Assembly (NCBI GenBank): GCA_004022145.1
Contig: RCNU01000004.1
DNA from: Paecilomyces variotii
Lineage: Eukaryota
DNA: 64,000 bases
Direction: 5' to 3' (one strand)
In this document: positions 26,725 through 39,955 of the stretch, piece after piece
Layout of the letters: each line of letters begins with the position of its first letter
Position numbering within the stretch: the first letter of the stretch is position 1
Made by a program: the position numbers and the translations under genes
Notes under the pieces: generated by a model
The model's database searches: none
What the model was told of the DNA's origin: nothing
The model's input: the letters and a program-made list of their open reading frames with translations, nothing else

Positions 26725-28726
26725 AAAAAGGAACCCTGATGCTATGCAGTGAGAAACGTAGGATTCTTCATGGCAATGTTGCTTTCAACAAGCCCCCTGT
26801 GTAGAGGAGGGACTTGCCCGCGGCCTGTAAGGCAGCAACGACTCTACGAAAGATGAGCATAGTAGTTTCTAGAGTGATGTCATGTTGATCGATACAAAGT
26901 AAAGATACAATAACTGATCTTATTAGATCTTTCACCATACATTATACGCGGGCAGGAGGTGGAGGACCGAACAACAGCCATCCAGCCCGCCTTATCCAGT
27001 TCAGAACGCCCGGAGTGCGAAGCACATCCGAAAACCAAGGGTGCATACTTACTTATTCGAAGTGTTGGCGAGGAATAGGGATAGAAAAGGAAGAAAATCA
27101 GAAAAATACTGTGAGCTGTCAAGATAATAACATAGGGGAGTCCTTTGAGAGGAAGGAGGCTGCCTCAAGATGTTTACCTCCCGGGTCCAGATACAGCAAC
27201 AGTGACCGCCAGATCCATATCCTACGCTGCACTTAATCGAAAAAATGAACTCGATTGGCCTTTTGGTCAAGAATACGCTAGTGCGTGGTATTTCTTTTTA
27301 AGACGCATATTATCAGCGAAATCTTTTGAAGAGAATGCAGTCATAGTTTTCGAGAATATGTAATTGTAATTTCTTCCCCTTTACCCTTTTCTCCGAAAGC
27401 TGATACTGGGTACTCCTGCCCCGATCACTCCCATGCCAAGGATGAGGATATACCCAGCAGCAGGATTTAACTTCATTCCTAGGAATATATTCTAGAAGTA
27501 TATTCCTCTAAATCCAGTAAGATGAGATCCATCCTGATCATAGAAAGATTGCCGACATTACTCGAATGTTCATTCCTCTTTACACAGAACTTCTAACTTC
27601 AGACAACAAAACAGCCCATGAGATAGACAAGATAGGCGCTATCTATGATCCACCATAAGTCGTCACATGCGACCTCATAAACCCCTCGATAAGGCCCCAG
27701 TAAAGCAACCACCACACGAAGCGGCGCGTTCCTGTCATGGCTCCTGACACCCAAGTCCCAGAACGTCAGGCTTCATTCGAGTAAAGTGATTATTATTGTG
27801 GCGGTGAAATCTCCGATAATCGTACTACATAGATCTAAATCCGATCTAGATCACAGCCACAGATACGATCACCTGAGTAAAGTAAAGAGCTAGTACCAGT
27901 AACCACTCCTATAATAATGAGTCGGAATCTCGGAGGTTCAGAACCATGGCCCGTCGGGCTGGAATGTTACCTGTACAAAGTATAGTCACAGAAAGGTTTG
28001 CTAGAGGCTTATTTTTACCCAGTGATATATGAGCACGAGTATAAGCGGGAGTAGGAGCAGAGAAGCTGACCTCTTAGTGCGCTCTCTACACTCCTGATAA
28101 ATGGTTTGGAGTTGGTATGATTTTGGGGCGCTATGTATGATGCATGCGACTAAACCGAGGCAAGATAAGTCCCGATCGTATCTGAGATCAGATCGGACGT
28201 GCAGTGCAGTCTGTGCTTCTTGCTTCACTCACCGCTTCGATATCTGGACAGTGCGCAGGTAGTGGCGATTTAGTGCAATGCATAGATACTTACGCCATTC
28301 ATCATTCTAGACCAGTGTCCGTCCTCTGATCCAAGATACAACACTACTGGAATAAATTATGACTCGTAATGTAATTCCTCCCCTCCGTAGAGAACAAAAA
28401 CGTAAATCAATCACGTCTTAATCCAGATAGTAACATAAACAAGTACTATGTATAGCTGTTGTTCGTCCCGTTCGCGGGATGTTTTCATCACTCATCCACG
28501 GAGCCACCGAGATCATGACGTCGTTATCTCCGCCGGCTGGGGAAACGATCGACTCCCGCCAAGAATTTCGATACAGGGGAGAAACAGAACCATCACCATG
28601 ATATGATATGATACGATATGATACCATATGCTACGAGTGGGGTCGATTGCTTTTGGCGTGGCTGAGCTCTCGTTCTCGTTCTTCTTTACGAAGTTTGGTT
28701 ACGGATGGGGAGAGTTTACGTAGTAA

Positions 28727-28754
28727 TACCTACCTACCTACCTACCTACCTACC
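28727..28754. repeat. (TACC)7 microsatellite
   Basis: Seven perfect TACC units upstream of the TATATAA at 28800-28806. Confidence 0.9.
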
Positions 28755-28901
28755 AAGCTAAGTTGGAGCTGATTACCGGATATAGTGGTTTGGAGAAGGT
28801 ATATAAGGAGTGAAATGCTCGTCCCTGGATCTGAATTTCTTTCTTCCATCATCTTGAAATCCAAAAAAAAATCCATCACCACAGATAAAAGAACATCCAC
28901 A

Positions 28902-29280
28902 ATGGCTGACAACACTTCCGGTAACCAGCAGGAGGACTACCTCGACAAGGGTACGTTATCATCCCCGAGGCCTATCTCACACCGATTATCCATTCCCGTT
29001 AGTTACCTAGGTAAATACTGACTTATCATCTCTCGTGACTCCAGGCCTCGATGCCGTCGAGAAGAAGTACGGCGGCGGCAAGGTCGACCCCGAAAAGTAC
29101 CGCAGCCAGAACGAGAAGATCACCGATACTGCTCGTGGTTTGTTCGAGAAGGCTACCGGGTAAGAAAACACTCACTTACTCACTCAATTCTTAAGAATGC
29201 GAAAAACGGACTGGAACAGATGGCTAATGGCATCATTCATAAAATACAGAAAGAAGATCCCTGAGAAGTTCTCCAACTAA
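28902..29280 (+). CDS. Small (64 aa) hydrophilic fungal protein with EDYLDKG motif, probably stress-related
   Basis: Exons 28902-28950, 29045-29159 and 29250-29280 with canonical splice sites give MADNTSGNQQEDYLDKGLDAVEKKYGGGKVDPEKYRSQNEKITDTARGLFEKATGKKIPEKFSN*. Strong codon bias and a TATA box at 28800. Confidence 0.9.
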
Positions 29281-29762
29281 GAGTCTGGGACTCTTGGAAT
29301 CACGACTTGGATGATAGTCTACCATATGCATATCTATAACTATACATACTGCGATAGCTTGATGCTCGCTGCTGTCTAATGAATTGAGGTCTTTAAAGCA
29401 AAGTCACAACGTGCTTTCAATTGTAAAAATTTCCTGATAAGCTGCTGTTCGTAGAGAAGTTCAATGGTAGATTGTAGCGTTTCTCTTATAGAAAACAATC
29501 CTTTTTTTTCGTGTCAACTTCTGCCCAGATGTACGATAACAGAGTATACAATTCCTAAGAAGGATGTTGAAAGAAGCCTGAGGTGAGTATCCACCAGAAT
29601 GATCAGACTGGAAGGAGACCAGCCACGCATAGACAAGAAAAACAATCAAATCCGCAAACACGCCAGGTATCTCGTACACATTGCTTCCGTGACTCATTAA
29701 TATCCCTCATTATAAACAATTCCTCATGTATATGGACAAAAAAAAAAGAACAAATGTACATG

Positions 29763-30456
29763 TTACTCGTAAATATCTCTGTTGACCTGCCATGACATGA
29801 CCATCATCCACAGGTAGAAGACGGTGTTGACGACTTCGAACGCAAAGGCCGTCTTCCAGCAGTTGCCTAGATTAGAAAATAAACATCAGCAACAGAACCA
29901 TAAGCGCGCACTCTTCCCGACCACAGCATAGTCAGTCCACTTACAAATGTTGTTCTGCGTCAACCAGGCCAGCGTATCGATGCTGTTCCCCCTGAACGCG
30001 TTATTCTGGACATAGTTCTGGCAGTTGGCATTGACATTGGCCAGACTACCATAGAGCTGCACTGCCGTCTCGATCATCCCCGTCAACCATAGAACGAAGA
30101 GGACGAAACTCCCTATGATGATAATCCCCGGTAACAAGAATCGTTGCGCGGCGAGGATGAGAATGAGAATGACAAAGGCGACCCCAAGAGCGCTAGAGGT
30201 AACCATGAACGGCATGACCCTATCGGCGAGAAACCATGATTAGAACGGAACCGTACCAAGTCGCGTTGCTATTATTTTCAGGAGAATATACATACCATGG
30301 GATCCCCAATTCCATCTGCGTCTGCACAGTCATGAACCAGGCGAATATACCGAGACACGTCGCAGAACCCGCGAGAACGATGACGATCCATATATTCAGC
30401 TGTATTTCCGGCCAGTGGTACCTGCGTCGAGTTTCTCGATACACTGTTCGCGCCAT
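29763..30456 (-). CDS. Four-TM (MARVEL-like) membrane protein
   Basis: Introns 30220-30295 and 29867-29944. Four hydrophobic segments with Cys residues in the second loop; ends CWKTAFAFEVVNTVFYLWMMVMSWQVNRDIYE*. Confidence 0.85.
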
Positions 30457-31590
30457 GTTGACACCTTAAATGGCCTTACTCCGATTGCGCCTACTGTATA
30501 GAACGATAGGACAGTAACGTGCTTCAACCTCGAATCTTCATCAATCAATGCGATCGATCCGGCTTTACTCAAGCACGGAACTCAAGCGCTCTAAGTATAT
30601 GGCCCTCCGATTCCAACTAGGTCATCCAGGTACCTGCGCTCCGATATAACTGTGACTCGACTCGGAGAACGCGGGGTTTGAGTAGCTTCAGGCGGTCGTG
30701 CAGACGTCGAGTTGCGGCCCTGGCAGCCTGGGTACCTAACGATATGTTTTCACAATATGCGACCAAGATAGGACAGCGCATAAAGGCGCCGCACAGTCGC
30801 CGACTGTCGAGGCCTGACGATGGGCGAGTTGGAGTCGACCAGGATGCTCGAGTCTTCTATTTACATAAGCCTAGCGGCAGGGGAGGGGGATAGAGATAAA
30901 AAGAGTAACGAGCGAACAATGCAGCAGATCAATTTTGTGATTTTCTTTTTAAAAAAGTAAAAATCAAGATGGCAAGCAGCAACTAGACATTCCCAGAACA
31001 TTAGAAAGAAAACGAGGGAATCAAAACGACGCTTGATGTTTCGGCGGGGTGTAAGTCTATCCTGGAGAAACGGAAGCCTGAAAAAGACGGAGGCTGGGGA
31101 AATGGCGTGGCGGGTTAAGCTTGGTCGAATAAGACAACGTCGGCTCCAGCTAGATTGGCTATTTTAAGATAATAATAGGACCTTAGCCTTGAAGACCTCG
31201 TGGCCTTGAATGCATTAATCATTGAAAGATCCGCTCTCTCGCTTGTCCACGAACTATGTAAGTACTATCGCGTTGCGCCAGCTCATAACTACATCTGGGA
31301 TGGCGTCAATCGACTACCAGGGGAAACCCCGGTGCAGATTCGATGGAAGTCTACCAGGAACTATGTTCTTTGACGTGTTTTACTTCTAGCGCATGACATC
31401 AAGTAGTTTTTGTGTTCTGTATTTCCGTCCGTCAGACACTGGGTATCCGCCAGCTGGACGATTGGAATAGCTTCCATTCTATGATGACCTAACTAATAAT
31501 GTCTAAATGTAATGCCGCATGGAATGCCTAACGGGCAAAGGGAAATTTCGAAATCGTACTCATACATCGTTAACCCAAACGTAGTACAGC

Positions 31591-32697
31591 TTACAGGAGG
31601 GTGTCTCCCAAAGCAGATCGGACCAAAGAGCACCCAGCGCGGATGGTCTCGCTGGCGCCCAGCGTCTCCAGACTGGGGTTTACTTCCACCAGGTCCATCG
31701 CGACCAGACTGCCGGTCTCGTGGACGCACTCCGCAATGAAGTCTCCCTCACGGAGCGTCAGGCCGCCTCTCACGGGAGTGCCAGTGCTGGGAGCAAACTG
31801 CGGGTCGAGTGCATCCACGTCGAAAGACAGGTGGATGGGAGTATCGTTTCCGATGTACGCCAGGGCCATCTCGACCACACGCCCGATACCGTACCTGCGA
31901 CCTGTCAGTAACTGTCCGACTGCGAGCCTAATAGGGCACATATGCATACTTATCAACGTCGTGCATGCTGAATGCCTTGATGCCATTCTCCCGGAGAAGC
32001 TGCTTCTCGCCCCGATCAACGTCGCGGAGACCGATATATACCAGCTTTCTCACACTGACCATATGCTCCTTCTCGATCCAGCCAAAGATGTCCTTCTTCT
32101 CTTCCTTGGCCAGACCCGTAAGGAAGGCCATGGGCATACCGTGAATGTTACCACTGGGGCTCATCTCCGGAGTGTTGATGTCGGCGTGCGCATCCACCCA
32201 GATGACCGCCATCTCGCGTCCCAATCGCTCCCGGATCGCCTTGGCAGTACCGGAGATGGTGCCAATGGCAATCGAGTGGTCACCACCCAGGGTGAGCACG
32301 AACTTGCCGTCCTTCGCATGCTCATAGACCTGTTCGCTCAGGCGCTGCGTGACCGCGCTGACAGAGCGGGGCTTCTTCATCCCCCGATGGTCAGGATCTG
32401 ACGCGGGCATGATGTCCTCGTAGGAATGGACGGTATTGTCATGGTGAATCTCATAGCCCAAGTCCTCGCGGAGCTGATCCAGCAGACCGGACGCAATGAG
32501 GGCAGTCGGCGCAGCTTCGACACCTGGTTTGCACTAAAGTTCCTATCAGTTAGCATCTGTCGCGATGCTCACGGACGCCCTAAAGACCCCGCGGAGGGGT
32601 TCTTTCTTACCTGCCCGCCGGAAAAACCGACCGCAACCACGCCCAATTGATTGGGCTTGGAGACAAACTTCTGCTCGATAGTAGACGGAGAAGTCAT
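31591..32697 (-). CDS. agaA: Arginase
   Basis: [27 protein letters not shown] and SFDVDALDP Mn-binding motifs. Introns 32534-32610 and 31895-31949. Confidence 0.97.
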
Positions 32698-32896
32698 CGT
32701 GGCCTATAGCGCTGATTGTGCGAAGGACAGATAAGAAGAAGAAAGAAAAAAAAAAAAAAGAGAGGTAAAGAAATCTGTGTTCCTTGCAGTGGCAAGTATT
32801 AAGCCTGAACCTGGAATGCTGGCGATAGCTTCGGAGACAATCTAAAAAGGTAATTATTATTCTAAAATGAACAACAGCCAACCCACGCGATTGAGC

Positions 32897-32943
32897 AGAG
32901 AGAGACACAGAGAGACACAGAGAGAGAGAGAGAGAGAGAGAGA
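32897..32943. repeat. (GA)n / (CT)n microsatellite at the arginase transcription-start region
   Basis: agagagagacacagagagacacag followed by a pure (AG)n run. Confidence 0.9.
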
Positions 32944-33562
32944 TCACGGTCTTTTCCTCAGGAATATAAATGGAATAAACCCAGCAGGGCCCCAAACGAG
33001 GGCGCCCTTCGAGTTCATATCGTCGACGGGACTCCGAGCAGGCCGTGGGGCGTCCGTGGTAACGGTGAGTAAGAGATCGGTTCAGCCTGCTTTTAACGGC
33101 CAGCGCTCGCCGAGCCGGAGAACTAGTTCCCCCCAAAACACCAAATTCTGGATATCCGTTCCCCTAAGTACAGGTTGACTCGAGGTGCCCGCCGTGGCCC
33201 CGGAATGTCCACGATCACTGGTGTATCACGCGGAACCCGGTGGAAAACTTTTCTCTCTAGGGGTTCATGGCGCGTGGACAAGTTGATCTATCGCCCGGCT
33301 TAAAAAAGCAAAAGAGAAGTTTGACAAAGAGGATCGCGTGGGGGTCCAACTGGATTCCGGGTGCAGTTGGACGCCTATACCACTGGCTTTCTTACGACCT
33401 CCTCGGTTACATGCGGATGGGATATGTGGTGTCTGAGCTACGGATGGCGATCCAGCTTACTTGGGCTGTTCCAAAATGACTGGAGTACAAAGGGTATCAT
33501 GGTTGGTTGGCCGCTACATCGATATACGTATACAACTATAGTACATTGTCTTGGACGAGGAC

Positions 33563-35536
33563 TTATGCACTCCCAAGAATCAACTCGCGCAAGGTCTCCT
33601 CCGCCTTTGGCGCCTCGACACGACCCTTCTCTCCCATGCGCATCATCTGTCCGACAAACCAGCCAAGCTTGCCCAGCTGGTTCTTTTCTCGAATTTGCGC
33701 AACCATCTGTGGGTTCTTGCTGATAGCAGCTTCAGCCAAGGCCACGTACTCTTCTTTCGAAAGAGGCCGCAAGAGAAGGTTCTCCTCTTCCAGAAGCTGG
33801 TTGATAGGCCGCCGGTCCCCTTCAAAGACCATGGCCAGCACCTGTTTTGCCGTAGCCCCAGTGATCTGTTTCTGCAATAGATAGTGGACGATGGTTGCCA
33901 AGGTATCCGCTGGAACTCGATCCGCACTCCATGGCATATCCGCCTTGGTTAAAAGACCACCCAATTCATGCAGAACCCAGTTACCGGCCGTCCTGCCGAT
34001 ATTGTCATTAGATTTGCCGGCCTCGACTCCCTGGAGGGAGCGTAGAGAATCGACAACATTCCAGTAGTATTCCAGTCTGGAACCTTGATCGAGCTCAATG
34101 AGTGGCTTGGCATCTTCCACTGGCAATCCGTATTCTGGGCCAACAAGAGTACCAAGCAGCGTGTCAGGTAAGGTAGGCAGGCCGCCTTTGAGCTCAGAGA
34201 CAAGTCCTTGGTCGATAACGAGGGGCGCCAGGTCAGGGTCTGGCATATACCGGTAGTCCACCTCCCCTTCTTTCCCTCGCAGCTTTCTCGTCTCAGTGCT
34301 GCCGATAGTCCACCCACGCGTCTCGCCCTCCACGACGCCACCGCTCTCGAGAACAGCGATCTGGCGGTTCTTCTCAGCGATGATGGCGTCCTCCACTGCT
34401 TTGAAGCTGCTTAGGTTCTTGATCTCTGTACGCTGTCCCAATCCGCCAACGCCGTGATACTGATGTGCCCCTGGAGCTTCGTCTCGTCTTCGAACGGAGA
34501 CATTGACATCGGCTCGTAGTCCACCCAACTCCATCCCGGTCGTTACCGCATTGACAGACTGTAGCAAGGCCTGGATCTTTCTGACGCATGCAGCCGCAGT
34601 GGCTGGTGAATGGATCTGTGGGAGGGTGATGATCTCGATAAGTGGATGGGATACGCGATTGAAATCAAGCAGTTGTAGGGCTGGTGGATATTCTTGTGAC
34701 TTCGCAGTATCTTGCTCGAGCTGTACCTGCTTTATCTCCACGCGAACCCTCTCTCCATCTGCGGGCGCAATTCCATCGTAGTCGTACAAGTCTACGTAAC
34801 CATTTTTGGCGAATGGCTCTGGTAGATGAGTCAGTCCACTGTCCAAACCCAGATGCTTCAATAGTGCTCACCATAGTATTGTGTGATCTGATAACCGGCC
34901 GGCTGGTCCTGATAGAAATAATGTTTCCGGTCGAACCGGCTTATTGGCTGTATGTCACAGTTCAGAGCGATGGCTGCACGCAGCGCCGGCAGTAACGTAG
35001 CCGCTTGAAATTCCTGGATTCCATTTAATCTCCTATCCAAAACGAGCTATCAGTGGGTGGACGAACTGGTTGACTTCCTGGAAAAGCGAGGTCGAACAGC
35101 GCAACATTGGAATTGGGTAGGTCGCTGGTGGACGTTGCAGCTCCTATCGCAACGGTCAGACAGACTCCTGCTGCAGGGAAAAATCATATTTCGCTTGCTT
35201 ACTTGAGAATAGCTTCGCCTCAGTGTTCAATTGCGCATGTATCTCAATGCCCACTGTCAATTCCCATCCTTGTCGCGAAGCTTCTTCATGATCTTTCTTC
35301 TCTCGCTTGCGAGCCTTCAAAGCTTTCGCTTCCGCTTTCAACTGTTTCCGGAGAGGTACGTGGTCGCCGGCAGTCGTAGAAGCGGTAGTTTGTAGGGACC
35401 GTAGAAACTGTTTCGATGAAGTCTGAGCTGCGTGAAGAGTGGTGATTTCTGGTTGACCACGACTGAGACGAAGGCATCGAGAGCAGAGCTCATAGCGAGC
35501 TACTCGATTGCTTCGGGGCAGCCATGATCGCAGCAT
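33563..35536 (-). CDS. gatB: Mitochondrial glutamyl-tRNA(Gln) amidotransferase subunit B (GatB/Pet112)
   Basis: [44 protein letters not shown] and [10 protein letters not shown]. Introns 35144-35202, 35014-35066, 34819-34871. Confidence 0.96.
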
Positions 35537-37172
35537 ATGTGAATTTGGTCTGAAAACCAGACAGGAAGGAGATAAAATCGATAGTGAGCAGCTTGGATCG
35601 CAGACTGCAGGCTCGATAGCTTTGGTGGTCGTTGCGATCGATCGATCGTTTCCTCCATCTCCGTGTCCGCGGGCTTGGCAGCGATCCAAATGGTTGTTGT
35701 AATCTTAGTGGACGCGCTAACTGGTTATCGATATGGATCTGATTAACTACTCTACTCTACTCCGCACAGATCAGACAGTATCAGAGTAGGAGGTGCCGAA
35801 GAAACATACCGGTGGTCACGAGAGATAATTGTCCAGTACAGACAAAAAAGCAAAAAGTTGCTAACCATCCTCTATGCTGACTTGTCCGTTGGCTGCGATG
35901 GCGACACCTGGCCGGGTGGTTGACTACCAGAGAAACTAGAGATAGTCGGGCGTGTAATCTACGACCACGATGTTGACCTGGACTCACTAATCGTCTAGCG
36001 AAGAACACGAAATCCCAGCAAACTGCGATCAGATGCCTATCTATAGAGAACGCAGGAAAACTGTGGCAGAGGCCCTCCAAATGCAACTACCACCACCAGG
36101 AAATTGCATCCTCAGGGTGCAGGCTGAAGAAAGCATTAGGATTGCGCTCCCCCAGCCGGGGTTTTACCAGCGTCTCCAAGCGACGGGATCTCTTTCTTAG
36201 TCTCTCCCATGAATATGGTGACTCCCTGCAAGAGCCAGAGAGAATGTTCTGCTGAATCCATCGATCTTCGACTATGCGAACAGACGTTCTCACAACTCGC
36301 CGCGCTGAGGTCTCAACGGAGACTCCATGCGCCGCTATACGAAAAGCGTCAAACAACAGGCTTGAGGATGCGGAACCCCACTAGCTAAGTCGACGCAAGG
36401 GATGGCGCCCACGAGTTAACGCTGGCCAGCGCAGCAGGTGCAATGTCTCGCGGGATCTTTTGCGCTGCATTGCTGCAATGCGTCCCACTACGTGCTTCCT
36501 GTTCTCCGAGCAGAGTGCCGATTTGACTATGGATAATGGCACGGAGGATGGACTCGATCCTCGACCTCCCTTTCCGGAAGACACACCTGGAAGACGATAC
36601 GTTGCAGGGTGAGTCCTTGTCAACAACATCTCTGTGTGATGGTGTGAGGTGTCGCTGGCGGCGCTTCAGTCCTCGACTGCACGCAAGCTCTCGTGCGACG
36701 AATTGTATCGTAGTCCTAGCGTCAAGGTGAGCGATAAGTGTTTCAACATATAGGGCTCGTCGTCTCCGACTTTGGGGTCCGGGAGGGGTTTGGCATCCTC
36801 GTGGTGCTGGGTTCTGTACCACTCAGTTCCAGTTCCGACGCATGGACCGACGACGAATTCATCTGACGACAACTTTTGTCCTGGATCATTGAGAATTCCC
36901 TTTTCATTTCGAGCGCAATCTATACCCTGACCTGAAGTCATTGTTTTTACACCACGTTCAATGCAGGAATCTATGTGAATCCCCGCGCCTGTCGCTGTTC
37001 ATCACCGGAGCTTGGTACCTACCTTCACTGGGCTATCTCTTGATGCACTGGTCGACGACGCCATACTGGGACTGCTTTCGACATATCTATATACCATATT
37101 CCCTTCCGATAAAACGCAAGTTTCGTGTTTTCTCGCTATCTGCAATCGATTCTATACCTGGTCTTAATCACC

Positions 37173-38843
37173 ATGCCATCTAGCTCCTTCTTCGGTCACA
37201 GCAGGCATAAAAAGGATGCTGCGAAGAAAGCTTCTGTACCTCCAACTACTGCTCAATCAACCCCTGTATCGATAGCCAATTCCTCTGGGAGCTCTACTCC
37301 AAACGCATCCAGATTCAGACCACGCTCTCAAAGCCATAATGGCGCTGCGGCTTCGGAGACATCGTCCGCCAGGTCAGCAGTGACTGCAAAACCGACTGAG
37401 GCTACGAGAAAAATGCCAAACGTATTCGAGTTTCTCGAAGACGACGGTAAAGGGAATGAGCGCGAACCAGATAACACTGCGCATTCAGCTGGTAGAACCT
37501 CGCACTTCTCAGAACCAACGCGCACGATGCCATCTCCTCAACGGACATTGACAAATGGAGTTCCGCCTCTGGTCGGTACCCCTACTACCAGAGTGCATGT
37601 TGATGCCGGCGTATGTCAGAGGGAAGCCAGCCCTGGTCGATCGTCTTCAGTGGCTTCGAGGGAATCCGCTGAATTCCAGCCTGCCACCCCGCCTGATATG
37701 TCCCCTGCAGGTGTCCATATAGGCTTGGCAAAAGAGCATGCTTCGAATCAAAAGTTACATCTTGCTGGTTCTTATAGCCCCGTAGGTAGTCTTGGAAGTC
37801 CATTCCTCGGAGAGCAAACTTTTGACCTTTCTGTCCCCGAATCTTACTACACCACCCCGAGAGAGAAACCGGTTCAATGCGAGCCCCTGGCGCCTTTACA
37901 AGCGAACGTCAAAGGCAGTCCAGGTTCGAAGAGTGATAGAGCAAAGAAGAACAAGAAGTCGCCAACTGTGTCATCGGGATACGAATATCTTGCGGCAAAG
38001 CTCACGCCTACGGTAAACGGTGACAAGACCATTCCACCACTCTATAGGAAATTCGAGTCCATCAATCATCGAGTACTGCTCCACCTCCAGGATGAAATTT
38101 CACAGATGGAAGAGGATCTGCATATCCTTGATGACTATGAAGAAATGCACCGAATCGCACTAGCCAAACAAGAAGGGACCAAACCGATGGCCGCTTCACG
38201 GCGAATGGAAGCCAACGCACAGTCCTACTCCGCATTGCATTATAGAAGAATGGATCTATTGGGAAAGCTCATCTTGAAGACGGAACAGTATAGTAAGTAC
38301 CATCTCAGTATTTCATTACGGGTTCAGGGCCTGTTTGTAGACTCACTCTGGACATGCTTTTCCGCTACAATGAAGACAACGCACTTTGCTCGTACAGCAA
38401 AGTGATGCAGACATTGCCTCAGGCGCCTGAAAGGGACATCGAAACTTACCGTGCATGGATGAAAGAGAATTGCCCCATAGTACGATCCGAAACGCGTTTC
38501 CTCGACCACAACCTCGATCTCGTTTCCCTTGCCCCTCGTTCTACAACCTCGATCTACTCTACCATGGCTATCACTGCAGCCGCGATCCTTCTCCCCCTGC
38601 TCGCATTCGGAACAATATCAGAGTTTATCGGCCGTCTCGTCGTCGTGGCCATCGTCGGAGGCGCCGCCGGTGTGTTCGCAGCAAAACATGCATCGGGCGT
38701 TGAACAACACGTCGATCCTCAAGATGGGTGGAGATGTGCCGCAATGTCAGTTATTCAACATGTATTATATGTGCATTATGCATAGCTAACCCTGTCACAG
38801 ATACTTCGGTTGTATGGCCGTCGCTGCTATAGCAATACCTTAA
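37173..38843 (+). CDS. DUF6594-like protein with disordered N-terminus and C-terminal TM helices
   Basis: LYRKFESINHRVLLHLQDEISQMEEDL motif, E.RFLDH..DLVSL and three hydrophobic helices. Introns 38293-38375 (AAG acceptor) and 38746-38800. Confidence 0.75.
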
Positions 38844-39955
38844 ATCCCACACAACTGCTACGACTTTCACGAATGTGACGAATCTCCTTTTCCACCTTCT
38901 GCGATGACATTTATATAATCAGTTGATTTTTTTTTTTTTCATCCACGAAGCATTGAATTACTATTAATTTTATGACATGATTGTTTATGAATGTGAAAAT
39001 ATCTAGGCGCTTTGCTTTTTTTTTAACCATTTAACACCTTCTGTATAGATCCTGGCCAAAAAGAAGAAAGAGACAGGTTTACGAATGATTTCTATGAGAA
39101 CGTGCGCTGTACTGGATGAATTTGCTGGCGAGTTCATTTCGAAGCAACTATATTCAGTGTTACGCTTTCTTTTTCTTTTGCTTTTTCTTTTTTTTCTCTC
39201 TAATTGATGTTTACCGGCTTTCGAAACAAGACTCCATTTCATACTTTGCCACAAATCGCAGAACCTAAATAGATTGTTCCCTTCTAAACCATCCATGAGC
39301 CCCGGACTAAATAATACAACCTGCACAAGTCAACTTGAGTCCGTCCATCCGTCTAGCCCTGAATCCCTGTTTTCCAGCCTTACGAGCCAGATCGTGCAGA
39401 AGGGCAAAAGAGAAAAAAAAAATACTCGTGAGAATCTCTAGCAAGATAATAAACAAGCATATAATAAGCTTTTTGTTTAGACTCAGCACCAAAAATTATG
39501 AAATGAAGTGGAAGAAGAAGAAGAAAAAAGCGCCTGCCCGCAGTCGCGGTGCCACGTGACTGTTTCTGGACCAACCAACCGACGAAACCAGTCTTTGAGC
39601 TGCTCCGCGCCGTTACCCCTGAAATGTAAAATGTGGCAAAGGTGGAGGAAAAACTAGAAGAGGGATAGAAAGCAAAGAAAAGAAGCAATAATAACGGGAA
39701 TAATAAAACACAATAGGGGGAAGCAACTTAGGTGGCAAGGTAAGCCCGAAAAGACCGGTCTTAGATAGATTGAATTGTGCTCCAGAAGCTATCAGTATCA
39801 TGTAGTAGCGCTCCATGGGAATGGTATTAAACCAGTTGATAAAGAGCTCCGGAGCATTTCGAAATCACCGTCATTTTGCACGTCCGGGTATCCAAGCATT
39901 TCTTCTTAAAGTCAAGGCAACAGTTCAATCTTACATCACATCCCATAAGGACATC

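Noticed and set aside
35700-37170. Several 60-145 aa ORFs between gatB and the DUF6594-like gene
   Set aside because: No recognisable product; more simply explained as a divergent promoter and long 5' leader.
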